Source: Spirochaetia bacterium (GTDB lineage: Bacteria; Spirochaetota; Spirochaetia; UBA9216). From it: 64,000 nucleotides of DNA. Both the position numbers and the translations under genes were made by a program. Below the pieces are notes generated by a model. That model worked only from the letters and a program-made list of their open reading frames with translations. It was not told where the DNA came from and made no database searches. Location: contig OY776510.1 of the NCBI GenBank assembly GCA_963675665.1, positions 2,656,001 to 2,720,000 on the forward strand, read 5' to 3'. Below are positions 59,045 to 64,000 of this stretch, piece by piece. Position 1 is the first letter of the stretch. Every line of letters begins with the position of its first letter.

Positions 59045-59680
59045 ATGAACGGAAAAAAGAATTATTTAGCATTATTATTTGTTATGATACTAATCGCCGC
59101 AGGGTTCTCAACTGTTTATGCCCGCGGAAACAGTGAAGCCGGACAACCCGAGCCTGTTGAAGTGAAAACAGCCGAAACAGCCGGCAAAGTGAGTACCTCT
59201 TCAGATTATCCTCCGCAGGGATGGGTAACCGATATTCGCGAAGCATACAGAATTGCACAGGCGGATAATAAAAAGATTCTTGTAAATTTCACCGGTTCGG
59301 ACTGGTGTGTATGGTGCAAAAAGCTGCGAGATGAGATTTTTACAACACCTGAATTCACCGCCTACGCTGATAAAAACCTGGTATTGCTCTTTCTGGATTT
59401 CCCGAATGGTATCGATCTTTCAGCGGAACAGGTGCGGCACAACCAGATTATTGCACAGTTGCTGAATGTAAGAGGATATCCTTCAATCTGGCTGCTTGAC
59501 AGTGATCTGAGCGCACTTATGGTGACAGGTTACAGGGAAGGCGGCGCTTCGGAATATATCCGTCATTTAACAGAAGACAGGCCTGATGTTTCGGATGAAG
59601 ATCGCGAGAATTTCAGAAAGGCGTTTGCTGAAGCTATTGAAGCAAATATTGGTCCACTGAAACAGGAAATATCCGGTTGA
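59045..59680 (+). CDS. Exported thioredoxin-family protein
   Basis: Signal peptide; FTGSDWCVWC; LDFP; VRGYPS. Confidence 0.88.
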   Translation: MNGKKNYLALLFVMILIAAGFSTVYARGNSEAGQPEPVEVKTAETAGKVSTSSDYPPQGWVTDIREAYRIAQADNKKILVNFTGSDWCVWCKKLRDEIFTTPEFTAYADKNLVLLFLDFPNGIDLSAEQVRHNQIIAQLLNVRGYPSIWLLDSDLSALMVTGYREGGASEYIRHLTEDRPDVSDEDRENFRKAFAEAIEANIGPLKQEISG

Positions 59681-59716
59681 TGAATATTTTGCATATTTTT
59701 ATCAGTACTTTTTGAC

Positions 59717-59742
59717 AGGCCGACAGAGGTTCGGCCTTTTTT
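59717..59742 (+). terminator. Rho-independent terminator
   Basis: aggccga-cagaggt-tcggcct followed by a T run. Confidence 0.75.
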
Positions 59743-59753
59743 ATTCATTGAGA

Positions 59754-59917
59754 CTCTTTCAGACACTCTGAGACTAAAGTCTCTTGAGTTTCTGAAAGAG
59801 CTACCATATTGCAGATGAAGAAAATTTTACAACTCGTTACACTGTCTGCATTTACCTGCAGTTGTAAAATTTTGCTTCAAAGCCACTTTCGAAACCAAAC
59901 GGGTTTTGAAAGTGGCT
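59754..59917. repeat. Three consecutive palindromes (REP/MITE-like element or structured RNA)
   Basis: ctctttcaga/tctgaaagag (59754-59800); aaaattttacaact/agttgtaaaatttt (59821-59873); agccactttc/gaaagtggct (59881-59917). Confidence 0.65.
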
Positions 59918-59968
59918 CCATTGACAATATCTTTCCAAGCCTGTAGGTTTTTAACGGAGGACAAGTCA

Positions 59969-61033
59969 ATGCCGATAAAACAGGAAAAACAACCGCCCGT
60001 ATACAGCCTTTCATGGGAAAACGGAAAACTTATATTTCTGGATCAGACAAAGCTCCCTGTTGAAGTTGTTTACGAAGAACAGAAATCAATCGAACAGGTC
60101 TGGAGCTCCATAAAACAACTGAAGGTAAGGGGAGCGCCTGCTATCGGAGTAGCCGGGGCTTACGGTTTGCTTTACGGCGTTATGGACAAACAGAAACGTG
60201 AAACGGAAGATTTTCTGGCTGAATTAAAAAAAAGCGTTGAATATCTGAATTCTTCCCGTCCTACTGCGGTAAATTTAAGCTGGGCCCTTAACAGAATGTA
60301 CAGGAAGGCTGAATCTCTTAAATCATTAGCTGCAGCAGAGTTATATGCACAGCTGGTGGAAGAGGCAAAAGCAATTCATGAAGAAGACAAAGCCCTGTCG
60401 ACAGGAATGGGCGAGAGCGGAAAACGCCTGATTAAGGAAGGCATGGGCGTGCTGACGCACTGCAACGCCGGTGCGCTTGCCGCATCAATACTTGGAACTG
60501 CTACGGCGCCGATGTACCTTGCACATGAAGCGGGAGTGAAATTCAGGGTCTATGCTGATGAAACAAGACCGCTTCTCCAGGGCGCCCGGCTGACTGCATG
60601 GGAGCTTCAGCAGGCAGGGCTGGATGTAACGCTGATATGCGATAATATGGCCGCTTACGTGATGTCCAAAGGCTTGATCGACCTTGTTATTACCGGTACC
60701 GACAGGGTCGCGGCAAACGGCGATACGGCGAATAAAATCGGAACCATGGGAGTTGCCATACTTGCCAAACATTTTAATATTCCGCTCTATATAGCCTGTC
60801 CCTCATCGACATTTGATATGAACACTGTCGAAGGCGACGATATCGAGATTGAAGAACGCGGTGAAGAAGAGGTTATATTCTTCGGCGAAAGAAGGACCGG
60901 GCCCGAAGGAATAAAAGTCAGAAACCCGGCCTTTGATGTTACGCCGCATGAGCTTATTACCGGCTTTATTACCGAAAACGGTATTGTTAAACCGCCGTTT
61001 AAAGAGAACCTGGCAAAAAAGTTCGGCCGATAA
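59969..61033 (+). CDS. mtnA: S-methyl-5-thioribose-1-phosphate isomerase
   Basis: LDQTKLP, VRGAPAIG, SRPTAVNL, LTHCNAG, DETRPLLQGARLT, NKIGT, NPAFDVTP; SD ggagg. Confidence 0.93.
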   Translation: MPIKQEKQPPVYSLSWENGKLIFLDQTKLPVEVVYEEQKSIEQVWSSIKQLKVRGAPAIGVAGAYGLLYGVMDKQKRETEDFLAELKKSVEYLNSSRPTAVNLSWALNRMYRKAESLKSLAAAELYAQLVEEAKAIHEEDKALSTGMGESGKRLIKEGMGVLTHCNAGALAASILGTATAPMYLAHEAGVKFRVYADETRPLLQGARLTAWELQQAGLDVTLICDNMAAYVMSKGLIDLVITGTDRVAANGDTANKIGTMGVAILAKHFNIPLYIACPSSTFDMNTVEGDDIEIEERGEEEVIFFGERRTGPEGIKVRNPAFDVTPHELITGFITENGIVKPPFKENLAKKFGR

Positions 61034-61050
61034 TAAGCTCTAACAAAGTA

Positions 61051-61959
61051 TTATCTTTCAAGCCAGTCGGCCATGAATTTATATATTTCATCCCGGTTTA
61101 TTTCGTTAAGACTTTCATGGCGGCCGTCTTTGTTAAGAACAAGTTCGACGTTGTTGCAGCCGAACGACTTGTATTTCTCTGCTACAGCCGAAATAAGGCT
61201 GCCGTTGCCCCCTACCGGGTCATGGTCGCCGGAGTAGAACAGAATTGGAAGATTATTCGGCGTATCTTTGAAGGCTTTATCGGATTTAAGGAAACTGATT
61301 CCATCGGCAAAATCCATATAAAGTCCTATCCGGCAGATAAAACCGCAAAACGGATCGGCCAGGTATTCGTCGACTTTAGCTTCATCCCGGGAAATCCATT
61401 CAAAACCGGTTCTTCCGGGCTTGAACTGGTCATTCAGTTTTGAAAAGGACAGTTTATCCAGAAGCTTTGCTTCAGCTTTCTTGCCGAAAAATATTTTCTG
61501 TATTTTGGCTATGCCGGTAAGAAGTTTTACCTGGATATCGGAAAAATCTCCGCTGCCCGAAAGGATAACCTTGGCAATTTTCTCCGGATGTTCGGCAATA
61601 ATTTTTCTGGTTAAAAACGAGCCCATACTGTGTCCGAATATATAATAGGGAATATCGGGGTTTTCGTCTCTCAGCCAGTCGGCAAGTCGAAGGTTGTCTC
61701 TGATAACCTTGTTCCATCCGTCGGAGTCGGCAAAATATCCTGTATTTTCCAATGTTCCGGCAGTCTCCCCGTGACCGCGGTGGTCTTCACCGGCAACCAG
61801 GAATCCCCTGCTGTTCAGAAATTCAGCAAATTCATTATATCTGGAAATATGATCCGCCATTCCATGGAGAATCTGAACAATGCCTTTCGGGTTTTGAATT
61901 TCCCATTTTTTCGCGCTGATTAATTTGCCGTCTTCCGCTGTGAAACTGTAATCTGTCAC
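61051..61959 (-). CDS. Alpha/beta hydrolase (lysophospholipase-like)
   Basis: HGMADH, DHRGHG, GHSMGS, RHESLNE. Confidence 0.9.
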   Translation of the reverse strand: MTDYSFTAEDGKLISAKKWEIQNPKGIVQILHGMADHISRYNEFAEFLNSRGFLVAGEDHRGHGETAGTLENTGYFADSDGWNKVIRDNLRLADWLRDENPDIPYYIFGHSMGSFLTRKIIAEHPEKIAKVILSGSGDFSDIQVKLLTGIAKIQKIFFGKKAEAKLLDKLSFSKLNDQFKPGRTGFEWISRDEAKVDEYLADPFCGFICRIGLYMDFADGISFLKSDKAFKDTPNNLPILFYSGDHDPVGGNGSLISAVAEKYKSFGCNNVELVLNKDGRHESLNEINRDEIYKFMADWLER

Positions 61960-62079
61960 TTCTATCTCCTCTGTTGTCCTTCAACCGAAAATTATATCAC
62001 GGGCGCATAATCTTAGGTATAAAAAAATCCTGCCGGTTATAAAACAGCAGAATTTTAATAAGAAGACGCGTAAGCCTTT

Positions 62080-63180
62080 TTACCGTTCGACTCTAGCATT
62101 ACCGCCTGTCGCTATTTTTTCAACTTCTTTTAAGGAAGCCATTGAAGTATCTCCCGGAGTTGTCATTGCAAGCGCGCCGTGTGCGGCGCCGTAGTTTAAT
62201 GCAGTCTCAGGATCCTTGCCTGCGAGGAAGCCGTATATAAGTCCGGACGCAAAGCTGTCGCCGCCGCCGACACGATCATAAATTTCAAGACGGGGCCTTT
62301 CCATTGATCTGTAGAATTTACCGTCCGCATAAAGAATGGCGCTCCAGTCGTTGACTGTTGCGGTGATAACATCCCTGAGGGTTGTGGCTATCGCCTTGAA
62401 ATTGGGATACTGTGCCGAGACTGTCCGAATCATTTCCTTGTAGTTGTCGATATCAAGGCCCTGGAAACCTTTTTGGGCGCTTTCAAGCTTAAACCCCAGG
62501 GCTGCTGAAAAATCCTCTTCATTTCCGATCATTACATCTACATACTTTGCTATTTCCCGGTTGATTTCCTGTGCATGGGCCTGTCCCCCGTTTGATTTCC
62601 ACAGTGACGGGCGGTAGTTAAGATCATAGCTGATAACGGTGCCGGCAGCCTTTGCCGCCTTCATTGACTCAATAGTCAGTTCAGCCGCTGTTTCCGACAG
62701 GGCTGCGTATATTCCTCCGGTATGAAACCAGCGGACACCGTCCTTTGCAAACAGGCTGTCCCAGTCGATATCACCGGGTTTAAGCGCAGAGGCGGCAGTA
62801 TGGGCCCTGTCGGATACGCCGAGTGCCCCTCGAATGCCGAAGCCTTTTTCAACAAAGTTAAGACCCTGCCTGCAGTTTCGACCTATACCGTCATAATCAA
62901 AAAATTTCGAATAACTGTAATCTACACCGCCCTGTGAAATCAAATCTTCAAGAAGCAGGCCTAGATCGTTTTCCGGAATCCCTGTTACAATAGCTGTTTT
63001 AAGTTTAAAACATTTGTGAAGACCCCGGATAACGTTATATTCGCCGCCGCCTTCCCATACCTTGAAATCTCTTGTATTTCTGATTCGGCCGTCGCCGGGA
63101 TCAAATCTCAGCATTATTTCACCCAATGCAAGGGCGTCCCATTTGCATTCGGCTGATTGTTTTATATTGAGAAAGGACAT
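62080..63180 (-). CDS. kdgK: PfkB-family sugar kinase, probably 2-keto-3-deoxygluconate kinase
   Basis: GEIMLRFDP, GGGEYNV, SYDLNYRPSLW, GNEED, DRVGGGDSFASG, TTPGD. Confidence 0.82.
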   Translation of the reverse strand: MSFLNIKQSAECKWDALALGEIMLRFDPGDGRIRNTRDFKVWEGGGEYNVIRGLHKCFKLKTAIVTGIPENDLGLLLEDLISQGGVDYSYSKFFDYDGIGRNCRQGLNFVEKGFGIRGALGVSDRAHTAASALKPGDIDWDSLFAKDGVRWFHTGGIYAALSETAAELTIESMKAAKAAGTVISYDLNYRPSLWKSNGGQAHAQEINREIAKYVDVMIGNEEDFSAALGFKLESAQKGFQGLDIDNYKEMIRTVSAQYPNFKAIATTLRDVITATVNDWSAILYADGKFYRSMERPRLEIYDRVGGGDSFASGLIYGFLAGKDPETALNYGAAHGALAMTTPGDTSMASLKEVEKIATGGNARVER

Positions 63181-63201
63181 AATTCTCCTCCGTGAAATTG
63201 T

Positions 63202-63300
63202 GTTTTATAATATGAAACTTTATAAATTATAAAAGCGCTGAAAAAAGTTGTCAATATTACTTGATTAAAAAAAATTCATAATCTAAAATAAAGTTTCATA
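63202..63300. promoter_or_regulatory. Candidate IclR/KdgR-type operator sites between the divergent kdgK and iclR genes
   Basis: gttttataatatgaaac (63202-63218); perfect 13-bp inverted pair tatgaaactttat (63211-63223) and ataaagtttcata (63288-63300). Confidence 0.6.
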
Positions 63301-64000
63301 TGGCGGAACAAATTGACGGAAAAGCCACAGGTGTACAATCAATAGACAGGGCATTTGATATTCTTGAATGTCTTTCATGCGAGCATAAAGGAATCAGGCT
63401 TACGGATTTATCTGAGCAGCTTGGACTTCATAAATCGACGGTGCACAGAATATTAAATTCAATGCAGGAGCGCGGTTATGTTGAAAAAGCAGATCGAAGC
63501 TATAAGCTCGGACCTGGATTTATTCATCTGTCAAGCCAGTTCCTGAACAGTATTGAGTTAAAAACAGAAGCGGAACCCTTACTCCGAAGCCTGTCGGATG
63601 AAACGGGCCAGACTGTCTTTATGGCGGTCAGGGAAGATACTGATGTGGTATATATAGACAAGGTTGAACAGTTTAACAGTCTGCGGAGGTATTCGATTAT
63701 CGGCACAAGAGCGCCTGTTTACTGTACATCATTGGGACGTGCCCTGTTATTCGACAGTGATGAAATATATATAAGAAACCTTTTAAAGAAAATTGAATTA
63801 AAAAAAATTACCCGGAATACTGTCACAAATGTTGAGAATCTGATAGAAATGATAACCGAATTTAATGAAAGAGGCTGGTCCGAGGATAACGAAGAGCATC
63901 AGGAAGGTGTCAGATGTGCAGGAGCTCCGGTTTATGATTACCGTAGACGAATAATAGCCGCAATCAGTACCGCATGGAGCGTAAGAAAGACCGGGACAGA
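63300..64000 (+). CDS. IclR family regulator (KdgR-like), 3'-partial
   Basis: Manual translation: MAEQIDGKATGVQSIDRAFDILECL...LGLHKSTVHRIL...YCTSLGRA...DNEEHQEGVRCAGAPV; runs off the window. Confidence 0.88.
   Translation, partial: MAEQIDGKATGVQSIDRAFDILECLSCEHKGIRLTDLSEQLGLHKSTVHRILNSMQERGYVEKADRSYKLGPGFIHLSSQFLNSIELKTEAEPLLRSLSDETGQTVFMAVREDTDVVYIDKVEQFNSLRRYSIIGTRAPVYCTSLGRALLFDSDEIYIRNLLKKIELKKITRNTVTNVENLIEMITEFNERGWSEDNEEHQEGVRCAGAPVYDYRRRIIAAISTAWSVRKTGT

Noticed and set aside
59745-59968. SAM riboswitch upstream of mtnA
   Set aside because: No SAM-I core (ATC..GAG...GCAACC) is visible, and the hairpins lie upstream of the predicted promoter.
1935-63706. Numerous 60-210 aa ORFs antisense to or nested in long genes
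   Set aside because: They are shadow frames of well-supported CDSs and have no motifs or translation signals.
1-64000. CRISPR array, tRNA/rRNA, transposase, integrase or prophage genes
   Set aside because: I saw no regularly spaced repeats, RNA gene signatures or mobile-element protein motifs by eye.

Overview
This 64 kb window comes from an anaerobic, sugar-fermenting bacterium, probably a free-living spirochaete (inferred from FAGGxxE-type lipoprotein leaders, ChvE/GguAB transport and FeFe-hydrogenases). Most of it is ordinary metabolic and signalling content. That includes a fused acyl-CoA dehydratase activase and three carbohydrate ABC clusters: a UgpB-like one with a glycerol-1-phosphate dehydrogenase, HAD phosphatase and Na/Pi symporter; an RbsABC-like one with an erythritol-kinase-like FGGY kinase; and a ChvE-GguAB one with a binding protein/YesM/YesN sensor. 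It also has three diguanylate cyclases, an hfsABCD-type FeFe-hydrogenase cluster divergent from an Fe-ADH/FGGY kinase/tandem IclR operon, mtnA, kdgK and small genes. I saw no rRNA, tRNA, CRISPR array or transposase. The most striking signal is missing from the ORF track. Frame +2 at 2-286 encodes the end of a Hint (intein-like) domain (...VYNLAVDGHHNFTVGSCGALVHN) joined directly to a serpin C-terminus (KDAQEESPVMFYANRPFIFIIRDNLTGEIYFMGRLSKP), which places an auto-processing domain where a serpin reactive-centre loop should be. Other notable items are two eroded pseudogenes, an inverted-repeat cassette, an orphan degenerate ABC ATPase coupled to a DeoR, many apparently leaderless genes, and multi-hairpin intergenic elements. 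All family assignments come from motif recognition by eye; no database searches were run.
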